From Gemmatimonadota bacterium (GTDB lineage: Bacteria > Gemmatimonadota > Gemmatimonadetes > Gemmatimonadales > GWC2-71-9), in assembly GCA_016720805.1 (NCBI GenBank), contig JADKJZ010000014.1:516904-580903 (forward strand): DNA of 64,000 bases, in the 5' to 3' direction. Each line of letters opens with the position of its first letter. Within the stretch, counting starts at the first letter, position 1. Of this stretch, positions 1-10,100 are shown piece after piece. The notes below the pieces were generated by a model. It was not told the DNA's origin and did no database searches. It saw only the letters and a list, made by a program, of their open reading frames with translations. The position numbers were made by a program, and so were the translations under genes.

Positions 1-824
1 ATGGCGGCATGGCGGGCCGGCTGGCTGGCATCGGCATGGTGCTCAACACGCGCCACGGCATGGCCGACATGCCATACGACCATCGCCGGGAACAGATCTA
101 CCGGGCGTCGGTGGTCTTTCTCCATCGGGTCGCATTCGTCTGCCATCGAGCGCTGGACTTCTCCGTCCGCAAGGGGCTGGTGCCGCGGCGCAAGGCCATC
201 GTGGTGTACAACGGCGTGGACATGGCGCCGTACCGGGTGCTCGATGCCGAAGGCTACGCCGACGTGCGGCGCGAACTGGCGCTCCCCCCGACCGTCAGGT
301 TGGTCGGCACGGTCTGCCGCCTCACCGCCGCAAAGGATCTTCCCAGCATGGTGCGCCTGGCGCAGCAGGCGCGAGCGCACCGCAATGACGTGGTCTTCGT
401 CATCGTCGGCGCAGGGGAGGAGGAGACGGCAATTCGGGCCCTGGTGCGCGAGCTGGCGCTGGAGGACGTCGTGCGCCTGCCCGGACGCCGGACCGACGTG
501 GCGCGGTGGCTCTCGGCGTTCGACGTGTTCGTCATGACGTCGCTGAGCGAGGGGATGTCGTTGGCGCTGATCGAGGCTGCGGCCGAGGCACGACCGATCG
601 TCACGACCGATGTCGGTGGGAGTGCCGACGTGGTGCTTGATGGCGTCAGCGGATTTGTCGTGCCGGTGGGAGCGCCAGAGTGCTTTCTCGAGCGCGTCGA
701 ATACCTTTTGGACCATCCGGTCGAGGCGGCCGCGATGGGCGCTGCTGGGCGGGAGCGCGCCCTCACGGCCTTCGACATCGAAGCGACGTGTGCGGCGTAC
801 GAGGCGTTGTACCAGCGGCGATAA
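1..824 (+). CDS. Glycosyltransferase family 4 (GT-B fold), C-terminal part; 5' end lies outside the window
   Basis: The ORF 9..824 frame stays open to the window edge. It has a GT4-type C-terminal motif (SLSEGMSLALIEAAAEARPIVTTDVGGSADVV). Stop TAA at 822-824. Confidence 0.8.
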   Translation, partial: GGMAGRLAGIGMVLNTRHGMADMPYDHRREQIYRASVVFLHRVAFVCHRALDFSVRKGLVPRRKAIVVYNGVDMAPYRVLDAEGYADVRRELALPPTVRLVGTVCRLTAAKDLPSMVRLAQQARAHRNDVVFVIVGAGEEETAIRALVRELALEDVVRLPGRRTDVARWLSAFDVFVMTSLSEGMSLALIEAAAEARPIVTTDVGGSADVVLDGVSGFVVPVGAPECFLERVEYLLDHPVEAAAMGAAGRERALTAFDIEATCAAYEALYQRR

Positions 825-825
825 C

Positions 826-888
826 CGATGATCGATGATCGATGATCGATGATCGATGGTCGATGATCGATGCTGGATGATCGATCAG
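826..888. repeat. Direct heptamer array, about 9 units of CGATGAT and variants (CGATGGT, CGATGCT, GGATGAT, CGATCAG)
   Basis: Read directly. The array starts 2 nt after the GT4 stop and contains the stop (885-887) of the convergent gene. TGA recurs every 7 nt on the + strand. Confidence 0.9.
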
Positions 889-2108
889 CGACGCTGCTGG
901 ATGTACCACCCGCCGACGATGCCCACCGCAAGCCAACCCACCAGCAGAGCGACTTCCACGGACTCCACCGGCAGTCCAGTGGCGAGCGATGCGCCGGCAA
1001 AGAGCAGCGCCGTGAGCGCTGCCCCACTGGTCGCTTCACGCCGCGGCAGCCAGCCGAGACACCAGCCAATCGATACACCGAAGAGCGCGAGCCAGAGCAC
1101 CGTCCAGCGGTAGGGCTCGGGGGCGCCAATCGCGGCGGCGAAGGGGTGGACAAACACCCAGCCGAGGCCGATGGACAGCGCGATCGTGCGGATCTGCGTC
1201 GAGCCACCAGGCAGTGGGCCGCTCCGCAACTCCACTCGGCCGCCACGCCATCGCCACGAGAATTGCCACGGCACGTCCGGTGGAATCGTCATGGCGCCCT
1301 CGAACCGCCAGACCGGCGTCCGTACCCGCCATCGCGAGGCGCGTGCACGCGCACTCAGCAGCAGTGCGTCGCCGCGTTGCGTCGCCGAGAGTTGCCGTCG
1401 GCCGTCGGCATCGACCACACGCAGGAGCGAAATGGGGCGGTCCGTGGTGGCCGCCTCGTGTCGCATCAGGTCGAGCGTGAGCGTGACCGAATCAGAGAGG
1501 TTGGGCGTCGACGCGAGCCTGTCGTTCGGCACCTCGATGCCGTTCAGCATCACGCGCTGCAGCGTCCCGGGAAACGGGTCGTGCCCGGGCCAGCGATGCA
1601 ACGGCTGCCCGACCCATGGGCTGGGCGCTGCGCCATCCGGGCGGAGCCCCCACCCAGTGGCGATCCAGACCATGGCGCTCAGCGCGATCAGCAGCGTTGC
1701 CCCGCGTCGATGCTGGGGCAGTGACCGCGTGCGCCAGTTCGCCGCGTGCGGCCACGCCCACCAGCCGGCCGCGCCACCGAGGCTGTTCGTGAGGAGATCG
1801 CTGAGTGAGGCATCGCGCCCGGCCAGCAGCACCGCCTGTGTGCCTTCGATGCCGAGGCTGAGCAGTGCCATGGCGATCACGGCGCGGCGGCCGTTCCATC
1901 CGAGCAGCCGGAGGCCGATGCCGAGCGGCAGGAAGAGCAGCAGGTTGAGCAGGACATCCGTGGTGCCGGCGTCGCCGCAGACCAAACAGCTCCAGCCGGT
2001 TTCCGCCACGCGATCGGCCTGCGCCGGGTTGGCGCCGAGCGTGGTGAGGGAGATCACGGCGAGGGAGGCGAGCACCAGGGGCACCGCGCCGACTCGCCGC
2101 TCGCTCAT
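885..2108 (-). CDS. Membrane protein with an N-terminal VanZ-like domain
   Basis: 407-aa ORF. The N-terminus resembles VanZ (DVLLNLLLFLPLGIGL..LSLGIEGTQAVL..DLLTNSLGG) and the C-terminus has hydrophobic helices. Its start overlaps the upstream GT stop by 4 nt. Confidence 0.55.
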   Translation of the reverse strand: MSERRVGAVPLVLASLAVISLTTLGANPAQADRVAETGWSCLVCGDAGTTDVLLNLLLFLPLGIGLRLLGWNGRRAVIAMALLSLGIEGTQAVLLAGRDASLSDLLTNSLGGAAGWWAWPHAANWRTRSLPQHRRGATLLIALSAMVWIATGWGLRPDGAAPSPWVGQPLHRWPGHDPFPGTLQRVMLNGIEVPNDRLASTPNLSDSVTLTLDLMRHEAATTDRPISLLRVVDADGRRQLSATQRGDALLLSARARASRWRVRTPVWRFEGAMTIPPDVPWQFSWRWRGGRVELRSGPLPGGSTQIRTIALSIGLGWVFVHPFAAAIGAPEPYRWTVLWLALFGVSIGWCLGWLPRREATSGAALTALLFAGASLATGLPVESVEVALLVGWLAVGIVGGWYIQQRR

Positions 2109-3265
2109 GGGCGGTCGGCCATGACGGCAGCGTAATAGGCGAGGTATCGCTGCACGATGGATTCCTCGCTGAATTCGGCGACCGCGTGGGCGCGCGCCGC
2201 TGCCGCGACGGTGGCTCGGGCGACCGGGTCGGCGAGCAGGCCGTGCAGGGCAGGCAGCATCGCGTCGACGTCATCCATCCGCGTGGGGACACCACCCGCT
2301 CCCGTCATCCACCGCAGCGTCGCCTCGTCGTGGATGAGGCAGGGCAGCCCGGTGGCCGCAGCCTCGAGCAAGGCGATCGGCATCATCTCGAAGAGCGAGG
2401 CCAGCACGAAGACGTCGGCCGCACGACAGAGGTCGGCGATCTCGGCACGAGGGTGGCGCACCAGGAAGCGGACCTGGTCGCCCAGCAACGCCGTCCCTTC
2501 GCGAATGATCTCGTCCGTGTCCGCCTCGCGGCCACCCGCCACGACCAGGACGAAGGGCACCTCGGGGTGGCGTGCCCGATAGGCCGCCATCGCCGACAGC
2601 AGCCAGTCGATGCGCTTGTGCGGTCGTTTGATCGCGGCCAGCGTGAGCACCACCTGCGCATTGGCCGGGATCTCGAGGGCGGCACGCACCCCGGCCGCCG
2701 CCCCGGGATGGAAACGATCGCAGTCCACGAAGTTGCCGATGGCCGTCCAGGTCGGCCGCCACACCCCTTCCGCGCGACAGCGTTCCAGCTGCGTCGGCGA
2801 GAGGTGTTGGAGATAACGGAAGCGCGACAGAAACGAAGGCGGTTCTTCCGTGCCGTGGGCGAGAATGGTCCGGGTCTGCAGCAGACCGGCGCGGCGCAGT
2901 TGGTCTAGGCGCAAGGCGAGAAGCGGATCCTGCACGTGGAGGATGTCCGCGGGCCGGCGTCGAAGCGCCTTCGCCAGCGACCAGGCGAAACTGCTCTGTT
3001 CGAGCGCATACCCCGCCGTCGCCCCGATCCGCCAGGCGAGCGCCGCAGGCAGTCGATTCCCCCAGCGGGCGTTCTCCGCCGACTCCCGGGGAAGGTTGCG
3101 GAGCACTTCCCCGTACGATGGTGGTGTCCCGCCCCCCTGATAGAGCCGCACGTCGTGGCCGCGCTGGTGCAGCGCGTGACCCAGATCGCTGGCCCAGGTC
3201 TCGATGCCGCGCGCAATGTGCCCCAGGCCGCTCGAGGCGACCGCGATGCGCAGCGGTGCGCTCAT
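2105..3265 (-). CDS. Glycosyltransferase family 4
   Basis: 386 aa. GT-B signatures (IAVASSGLGH.., LASLFEMMPIALLEAAATGLPCLIHD). Overlaps both neighbouring genes by 4 nt, consistent with an operon. Confidence 0.8.
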   Translation of the reverse strand: MSAPLRIAVASSGLGHIARGIETWASDLGHALHQRGHDVRLYQGGGTPPSYGEVLRNLPRESAENARWGNRLPAALAWRIGATAGYALEQSSFAWSLAKALRRRPADILHVQDPLLALRLDQLRRAGLLQTRTILAHGTEEPPSFLSRFRYLQHLSPTQLERCRAEGVWRPTWTAIGNFVDCDRFHPGAAAGVRAALEIPANAQVVLTLAAIKRPHKRIDWLLSAMAAYRARHPEVPFVLVVAGGREADTDEIIREGTALLGDQVRFLVRHPRAEIADLCRAADVFVLASLFEMMPIALLEAAATGLPCLIHDEATLRWMTGAGGVPTRMDDVDAMLPALHGLLADPVARATVAAAARAHAVAEFSEESIVQRYLAYYAAVMADRP

Positions 3266-4155
3266 GTCGATGCCCGAGGGCTCAACGGCAGCAGGGTGGC
3301 GAGGCGCCGCAGCTGACCGCCCAGGCCGATCGGGCCGCGTCGCGCCGCCTCCGTGAGGTATGCCCGCGCGGTGGGCAGGTCACGCACGTGGAAGAGCTCC
3401 AGCCCGTACTCGAGGTAAATCGCGTGCTCCTTGGCGCGCAGACGCTCGCCCTCGATGGTCAGGCGTTCGGCGGTCCGTCGGATGTTGGTCAACTCGGCGG
3501 CGGCGAAGCGCCGGGTCTGCGCGGTGAGCGAGGCGGGAGTCGGGCGATAGTCCACCAACACCTCGTTCACGCGCACAAAGCCCCACCCCGCATGCGCCAG
3601 TCGCAGCCAGAAGTTGTAGTCCTCCACGCCGATGAGGTCGCGCGATTCATCGAACCCCCCGACGGCCTCCCACGCGGCTCGGCGCAGCATCACGGTGGAC
3701 GTGGGGATCCAGTTCCTGCGCCACAGGACGTCGAAATCGATCTGCGCCGGCGGCGTCGGTTGGACCTTCCCTTCCATGTGGTGCCCCGCGAAGACCACGG
3801 CCACTGCCGGGTCGTCGAGGTGGCGCTGTTGGGTCGCCAGTCGAGTCGGACGGGCCAGGTCGTCGGCGTCGAGCAGCGCAATCCACTCGGTCGTGGCAGC
3901 GCGGATGCCGGTGTTCCGGGCGGCAGCGGGCCCCCCGTTCGCCTGACGGATTACCCGGGCCCCCGCGGCTTCCGCCACGGCAGCGGTGTCATCGGTGGAG
4001 CCGTCGTCGACGACAATGACTTCCTGTGGCGGCACGGTCTGGCGAAGCAGCGATGCCACTGCCTCGCCCACGAATGCGGCGGCGTGATAGGCCGGCATCA
4101 CCGCCGTCACTGGGGGTCCCTCCACGTCGCCTCCTGGGCTGGTCAGCGTGGTCAT
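3262..4155 (-). CDS. Glycosyltransferase family 2
   Basis: 297 aa. GT-A motifs (VTAVMPAYHAAAFVGEAVASLLRQT, VIVVDDGSTDDT, LLDADD). Confidence 0.85.
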   Translation of the reverse strand: MTTLTSPGGDVEGPPVTAVMPAYHAAAFVGEAVASLLRQTVPPQEVIVVDDGSTDDTAAVAEAAGARVIRQANGGPAAARNTGIRAATTEWIALLDADDLARPTRLATQQRHLDDPAVAVVFAGHHMEGKVQPTPPAQIDFDVLWRRNWIPTSTVMLRRAAWEAVGGFDESRDLIGVEDYNFWLRLAHAGWGFVRVNEVLVDYRPTPASLTAQTRRFAAAELTNIRRTAERLTIEGERLRAKEHAIYLEYGLELFHVRDLPTARAYLTEAARRGPIGLGGQLRRLATLLPLSPRAST

Positions 4156-4395
4156 CGCGCGGTGTTCCGAGTGCGCGGTGGTGTCATGTCGTCAAAAAAT
4201 TGAACAGTAATCGTCGAAAAGTTAGTCGTTCCAGTATGGCAAAAAAGTGCTAAGTCATTGTTAATCATCTGATTACCATACAACAACCGCGCCACATTTT
4301 GTGGTCCGCCTATTGCTAGGTATTTCAACAGCATGAAGGTGGTGCCGATACTGATTGCCGACGCTGTTCAGGGTACACTCACCAGGGTTCTCGCC

Positions 4396-4851
4396 ATGAC
4401 GTACACGTTCAAGCTCGCTCGCCGGATGGCCAGCAACCACGCCCGCCGTCACGCCTTCGCCGCCGCTGCGGCGCTGCTGCTCATGGCCTGCGGTGGCGAG
4501 AGCCCCACGGGACCCACCCCGCCGACGAACCCGCCGGTCACCGCCACCGCCGGCGTGTTGACGCTGGAACTGACGACCCCCAACACCAATGATGGTGCCG
4601 TGCAGTTCGCCGTCAGCGGCCCCGCGATCGACAGCGTGCGGGCGCTTGGCTACGACGGGCTCACGAGCGTCCTCCCCGGGCAGGCCCAGGTCATCGTCAC
4701 CGGCGCCGTCGCTGCTGGCACGGTGGCGCGGGTCTACGTGCATGACATCGCCAAGGCGACGGAGTATCGGGCTTGGGTGGTCGCCGCCGCAGCCCGCAGC
4801 AGTTACCAACTCCAGGATGTCGCCAGCTACCGCGCCGCGCTGGTGCGCTGA
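4396..4851 (+). CDS. Small lipoprotein of unknown function
   Basis: From the internal ATG at 4396 the product begins MTYTFKLARRMASNHARRHAFAAAAALLLMAC-GG, a lipobox-type signal. It follows an AT-rich intergenic region. No family was recognised. Confidence 0.5.
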   Translation: MTYTFKLARRMASNHARRHAFAAAAALLLMACGGESPTGPTPPTNPPVTATAGVLTLELTTPNTNDGAVQFAVSGPAIDSVRALGYDGLTSVLPGQAQVIVTGAVAAGTVARVYVHDIAKATEYRAWVVAAAARSSYQLQDVASYRAALVR

Positions 4852-5867
4852 GCGGTCGGCAGGGAGACCTCGGCCGAGACGGGACGGTGGTCCGACCCGA
4901 CATCTCGGCCGATCGCGGCACGGTGGATGACGAACTCCGGCGTCGTCAGAATATGATCGATCCGGATGCCCCATCGCCTCGTGTGCTTGGTGTTCCCGAT
5001 GCCGAGCCCGCTGCGCGAAAAGGCATTCCGCAGCCCGGCCCAGTGACGCCGATAGATGGCACTCTCGATGGGCAGGTTGAAATCTCCCGCGACAATCGTT
5101 GGCCACGGCTCCCCTCGAAAGATCCACTCCCGCGCCACGCGTGATTCGAGCTCGCGCTGGGCGGTATTTGCCCGGGTCACCGGACCCAACGTGGGGATGG
5201 TGGAGAGATCGCCGAAATTGTCGAGCGCGTCACGTGGCGTCTCGAGATGGACGACGCCCACACGCACCACACCGGCTGGCGTGTCGAGCGTCGCCCGCGC
5301 AATCGCCCCCGAACCACTCTGCTTCCAGAAGTCCATCGGGTCGCGCTCTTCCCAGCTGAGGATCGCGAAGTGGCTGGCGATACACACCGATGCCACGGCG
5401 TGGCGAATCTCCCACCGTCCGGTCGCCCGGATGCCGTCGGCGAGTGCCGCACTGCATTCCGCCACGACGAGGATCTCGGCCTGCACCCGCTCCGCCTCGG
5501 CGAGGATCGTGGCCGCCGTCGGATGGAGGGTCGGGCTGCCGGATCCCGCGTTGATCTCCATGATGCGGAGTGTCGTGTCGGCCTTCGGCTCGAAGCGCCC
5601 AAGCCCGAGCCGGATGTCGAGCAACCCGAACCCGAAGACGAGCGCCATCACCGCGCCTGCGACAATCGCGGTGCGTCGCGCTCGCACGAGTGCCGGGACG
5701 AGACCGAGGAAGCATGCGCCGGCCGCCCACCGCGGTCCATAGAGGAAGGGAAGCGCCCACCAGATCCGATCGCCGAGCACACTGACCACCACCCACGCGG
5801 CGACCATGGCGGCGGCACTCCCCCAGGCGAGGCGCCGAGCCCATCGATTGGCCGCGGGCTCAGTCAT
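4827..5867 (-). CDS. Membrane-anchored endonuclease/exonuclease/phosphatase (EEP) family protein
   Basis: N-terminal TM helices are followed by EEP motifs (LRIMEINAG, VVHLETP, IVAGDFN, SDHRPV). The start ATG at 5867 overlaps the upstream stop by 8 nt. Confidence 0.7.
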   Translation of the reverse strand: MTEPAANRWARRLAWGSAAAMVAAWVVVSVLGDRIWWALPFLYGPRWAAGACFLGLVPALVRARRTAIVAGAVMALVFGFGLLDIRLGLGRFEPKADTTLRIMEINAGSGSPTLHPTAATILAEAERVQAEILVVAECSAALADGIRATGRWEIRHAVASVCIASHFAILSWEERDPMDFWKQSGSGAIARATLDTPAGVVRVGVVHLETPRDALDNFGDLSTIPTLGPVTRANTAQRELESRVAREWIFRGEPWPTIVAGDFNLPIESAIYRRHWAGLRNAFSRSGLGIGNTKHTRRWGIRIDHILTTPEFVIHRAAIGRDVGSDHRPVSAEVSLPTAQRTSAAR

Positions 5868-7077
5868 GGCGTCGAAACGGCCAGACGACACAGCCGGCGA
5901 GGAAACCGCTGCCCCAGCTGCAGTGCACGGCGAAAAAGATGAACGGCAGTGCCGGGAGATACTGCCAGCCGGCCCGCGACGCCGTGGCAACGCTGGCGGC
6001 CAGATTCGCGACGAGATACAACGCCAGATGCGCGGCACCGAGCGATCCCATCAGGCGCACGAACAGCGGCGTGAGCAGGAGCGAGAGGACAAACGCCGGT
6101 GCCACGAGTTGCCGCCACCGCAGCGAGGCGGGATGCGCGAGGAGGGTGCGGACCTTCCAGAAGCCGTAGCGCACGTACTGCCTGGCCAGCTTGGCGAGGG
6201 AAGAGCGGACGAAATACGTCGAGCGAATCGTGGGCGAGAGATAGATCCTCGCGCCGGTGGCCCGCAGCCGGACATTCATCTCGTAGTCTTCGTTCACGGC
6301 CCAGTCTTCGCGCATGCCCCCCAGCGCGCGGACCGTCTCGGTGCGCCAGGCGCCGAGGTAGACGGTGTCCGTCCATCGTGGGGTGGTCGCGTTGCGGTAG
6401 GCCGCATCGCCAGCGGCGAACTTCGACGAGACCGCGGCGGCGACGGCGCGCGACAGCCAACTGGTGCCGGTCGCTCGCTGGACACCCCCGACGCTGCCGG
6501 CGCCCGTCTCCTCGAGGAGCCGGACACATTCGGCCAGGTAGTCGTCGGCATAGAGCGAGTGGGCGTCCATGCGCACGAGATAGCGACCGCGGGCGGCGGC
6601 GAGGCCGAGATTAAAGGCCGGGGCTTGCAGTCGCTTCGGGTTGGCGAGTCGGCGGACCCGTGGATCGCGGCTGGCGATGGCGTCCACGATCGCGGGCGAA
6701 CGGTCGTCGCTCTCGCCGTCGAGCACGAGGAGCTCCCAGCTCCCCCCGTTGGGGAGGTGGTTTGCCAGCACCGAGTCGAGACAGGCCTCGATGCCGGCCT
6801 CCTCGTTCCGCATCGGAATGACGACGGTCACCAGCGGGGTGTCAGCGTGGGGAGCGGCCACAGTCTCGGGGGATCGGGGGGCAGGGAAGGCAGCCGGGGG
6901 ACGACGCGTACCGGGCAATCTACCCGACGCACGCGCCGGGGCGTATGGGGGGCGGTGCCGCCCGTCGCCGCAGAGCGTCCTCCGTGGTGGGCGCTCCGCC
7001 GCATCCGCGAACGATACAGTGTCAAACAATTTTACACTGCCATGCCCGTAACTGCCACGCAAGCCACTGTCATTCAT
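5860..7077 (-). CDS. Glycosyltransferase family 2 with a C-terminal membrane domain
   Basis: Motifs VTVVIPMRNEE, LVLDGESDDRS and VRMDAHS, with hydrophobic C-terminal helices. The start is uncertain because the only ATG is at 7077. Confidence 0.75.
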   Translation of the reverse strand: MNDSGLRGSYGHGSVKLFDTVSFADAAERPPRRTLCGDGRHRPPYAPARASGRLPGTRRPPAAFPAPRSPETVAAPHADTPLVTVVIPMRNEEAGIEACLDSVLANHLPNGGSWELLVLDGESDDRSPAIVDAIASRDPRVRRLANPKRLQAPAFNLGLAAARGRYLVRMDAHSLYADDYLAECVRLLEETGAGSVGGVQRATGTSWLSRAVAAAVSSKFAAGDAAYRNATTPRWTDTVYLGAWRTETVRALGGMREDWAVNEDYEMNVRLRATGARIYLSPTIRSTYFVRSSLAKLARQYVRYGFWKVRTLLAHPASLRWRQLVAPAFVLSLLLTPLFVRLMGSLGAAHLALYLVANLAASVATASRAGWQYLPALPFIFFAVHCSWGSGFLAGCVVWPFRRHD

Positions 7078-7087
7078 TGATTTCAGT

Positions 7088-7102
7088 TGGCAGCAATCTT
7101 GC
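7088..7102 (+). promoter_or_regulatory. Candidate sigma-54 (-24/-12) promoter TGGCAGCAATCTTGC
   Basis: GG-N10-GC spacing is exact. The sequence is close to the TGGCACG-N4-TTGC consensus. It lies about 95 nt upstream of the protease ATG at 7198. Confidence 0.5.
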
Positions 7103-7197
7103 CCGATACTTGGCCAGTAACGCCGCGGCCCTTGGTCGTTCCGAGGATCCGCCTCTGGGGGCTACCCCGCTGGTTTCAGGCTGGAGTCACATTGATC

Positions 7198-10100
7198 ATG
7201 AATCGCCCATCACAGATCCTGCGGCTTGCGTCGCTCCTCATTGCCCTGGCAGCCACGGCCTTGCCGGGGCAGGGTGGGGCCCGGCGGGTCATCATCACGC
7301 TGCGCTCCTCCTCGGGTGAGGCCGCGCTTCGCGCGCCAGGTTCGCCCCCGGTCACCTCTACCGAACTCTCCCAGATCTCGGCGCGGCTGGACCGCGACCT
7401 GCCGACTCTGGTGGAGACCGGTCGGGCACCCTTTGCGGGGATGCTGTTCGCGCAGGTCAGCGCCGCGGAAGCGACTCGACTGGCGAGTGATCCGAACGTG
7501 GCGATGGTCGAGGAGGACCGCCTGTGGAGTCCGGCGGATGCCGTCACCGCACTCTCGTCGGGTGATCGGTGGGCGGCCCTCCGATCGCAGCCGACCGACG
7601 GCGCCGACACGACGCCGTGGGGCGTGGCCCGGGTGATGGCACCGGAAGTCTGGGCGAACGGGAATCGTGGCGCTGGCGTCAAGGTCGCCGTGATGGACTC
7701 CGGCATCGACACCGGGCATTCCGACCTCTCGGTTGCCGGCGGCTACAACGCCGTGACCCGTGTCGCCTCGGGGTATGGCGACGACATTGGCGCCTGCAAC
7801 GGCCACGGCACCCACATCGCGGGCACCATCGCGGCGCTCAGCAACGGGTCCGGCGTCGTGGGCGTCGCCCCCGATGTGCAGCTCTACGCGATCAAGGTGT
7901 TCCAGGATGTCAGTGGGTCCTGCCTCGCATACACCTCCAATCAGATCGCGGGACTCAACTGGGCCGTCTCCCAGGGGATCCGCCTCGTCAACGTCTCGAT
8001 CGGCGGCTCCTCGTCCTTCTCGTACAACGCCGCGATCGCCACCGCCGCCGACCAGGGCACGTTTCTGATCGCGGCCGCGGGCAATGGTGGCGGTGCCGTG
8101 CTCTATCCGGCGGCCGCGCCGAGCGCGATTGCGGTCGCGGCGCTCGATGACTCGAACCTGCGCGCTTCGTGGTCGTCCTTCGGCCCCGAGGTCGGCTTTG
8201 CCGCGCCGGGCGTCAACATCAATTCCACCATGCCGGGCGGTGGCTACGGCGGGAAGAGCGGGACCTCGATGGCCGCGCCACATGTGGTGGGCGTCGCCGC
8301 GCTGATCCTCGCCGCGCATCCGGGGCTGACGCTCGACGGCTTGCGGCAGAAGCTGCGGGATGGTGTCCTCGACGTCGATGCCGGCGGCTTCGACAACAAC
8401 ACCGGCTTCGGTCTGGTGCGTGCCCAGCCGTCGCTCGGCGGCGGCTCGCCGCCACCACCGGTCCCGCTCGCGATGAGTGTCTCGCCCCTGTTCCGCAGCA
8501 CCACGGCCACCGCCGGTATGGCCGCCACGGGCAGCAGTGCCTCGGTCAGCCTCAGCGGCGACAACGCAGGCACCACCGCGTGGAACGCGACGAAGCGGAA
8601 GAACTGGACGACGCTGACCACGGCAAGCGGCTCAGGCAGCGGCACCGTGGCATGGAATCGCAGTACGGCCGGCCTGACGGCGGGGACCTACGTGGACACG
8701 ATCACCGTGTCGGCGGCGGGCGTCGCGTCGCAGAGCATCATTGACACGTTGCGGATCACCGCGGCCCCGGTGCCGCTCACGATGGCCGTGGCTCCGCTCT
8801 TCCGGAGCACGGTGGCGACGGCCGGAACGGCCGCCGCGGGAAGCAGTGCGACGATCACCCTCAGTGGCGACAACGCCGGCACGACCGCCTGGACTGCGGC
8901 GAAGCGGAAGAGCTGGACGACGCTCACCACCGCGAGCGGCACGGGGAGTGGCACGGTCGCGTGGAGCCGCAGTACCGCCGGGCTCGTCGCCGGGACCTAT
9001 GTCGATACCATCACCGTGTCGGCGAGTGGTGTCGCGGCACAGAACATCATCGACACGTTGCGGATCACCGCGGCGCCGGTGCCACTCGCCCTCGCGGTGA
9101 GCCCGCTCTCGCGCAATGCCACTGCACAGGTTGGCACGGCCGCGCCGGGCGACAACGCCACGGTCACGCTGACCGGTGACAACGCCGGGACGACGCCGTG
9201 GACCACCTCGAAGCGGAAGAGCTGGACCACGCTCACGACCGGCAGCGGCACCGGCAGTGGCACCGCCTCCTGGACGCGCAGCACGGCCGGCCTCTCGGCG
9301 GGCACCTACGTGGATACCATCACGGTGACGGTGGCCGGCCTCGCGCCGCAGAGCGTCATCGACACCTTGCGCATCACCGCGGCCCCCGTGGCGCTCGCGC
9401 TGGCGGTCTCCCCGCGCTCGCGGAATACCATGGCGCAGGTCGGTACGGCCGCGTCGGGCGACAACGCAGCGGTCACGCTCACCGGTGACAACGCCGGGGG
9501 AACCGCGTGGACTGCGGCGAAGCGGAAGAGCTGGACGACGCTGACCACGAGCAGCGGCACCGGCACCGGCACCGCGGCCTGGACGCGCAGCACTGCGGGC
9601 CTGACCGCTGGCACGTACGTCGATACCATCACGGTGACGGTTGCCGGCCTCGCGCCGCAGAGCGTCATCGACACCTTGCACATCACCGCGGCCCCGGTGC
9701 CACTCGCGCTCGCGGTCAGCCCGAGCTCGCGAAACGCCAGTGCGCAGGTCGGCACGGCCGCACCCGGCGACAATGCCGGCGTGACGCTCACCGGTGACAA
9801 CGCCGGGACGACCGCATGGACCGTGGCCAAGCGGAAGAGCTGGACCACGCTCACGACCAACAGCGGCACCGGCAACGGCACCGCGGCGTGGACGCGCAGC
9901 ACGGCCGGGCTGACGGCAGGCACCTACGTTGACACCATCACGGTGACCGTCGTCGGCCTCGCGCCGCAGAGCGTCATCGACACCTTGCGCATCACCGCGG
10001 CTCCGGTGGCACTCGCGTTGGCGGTCACCCCGAGCTCGCGCAATGTCGCGACGCAGGTGGGCACGGAGGCGCCGAGCGACAACGCGGCGGTCAGCCTGAC

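Noticed and set aside
4237-4250. Sigma-54-looking motif TGGCAAAAAAGTGC upstream of the small lipoprotein gene
   Set aside because: Only 9 nt separate GG and GC. Sigma-54 promoters require GG-N10-GC, so the spacing is off by one.
4281-4294. Minus-strand TGGCGCGGTTGTTG upstream of the GT2 operon
   Set aside because: The spacing fits, but the -12 dinucleotide is GT instead of the near-invariant GC. It is too weak to call.
7087-7197. N-terminal extension of the protease ORF given in the ORF track
   Set aside because: The extension is non-protein-like and would contain the sigma-54 site. The internal ATG at 7198 gives a canonical signal peptide.
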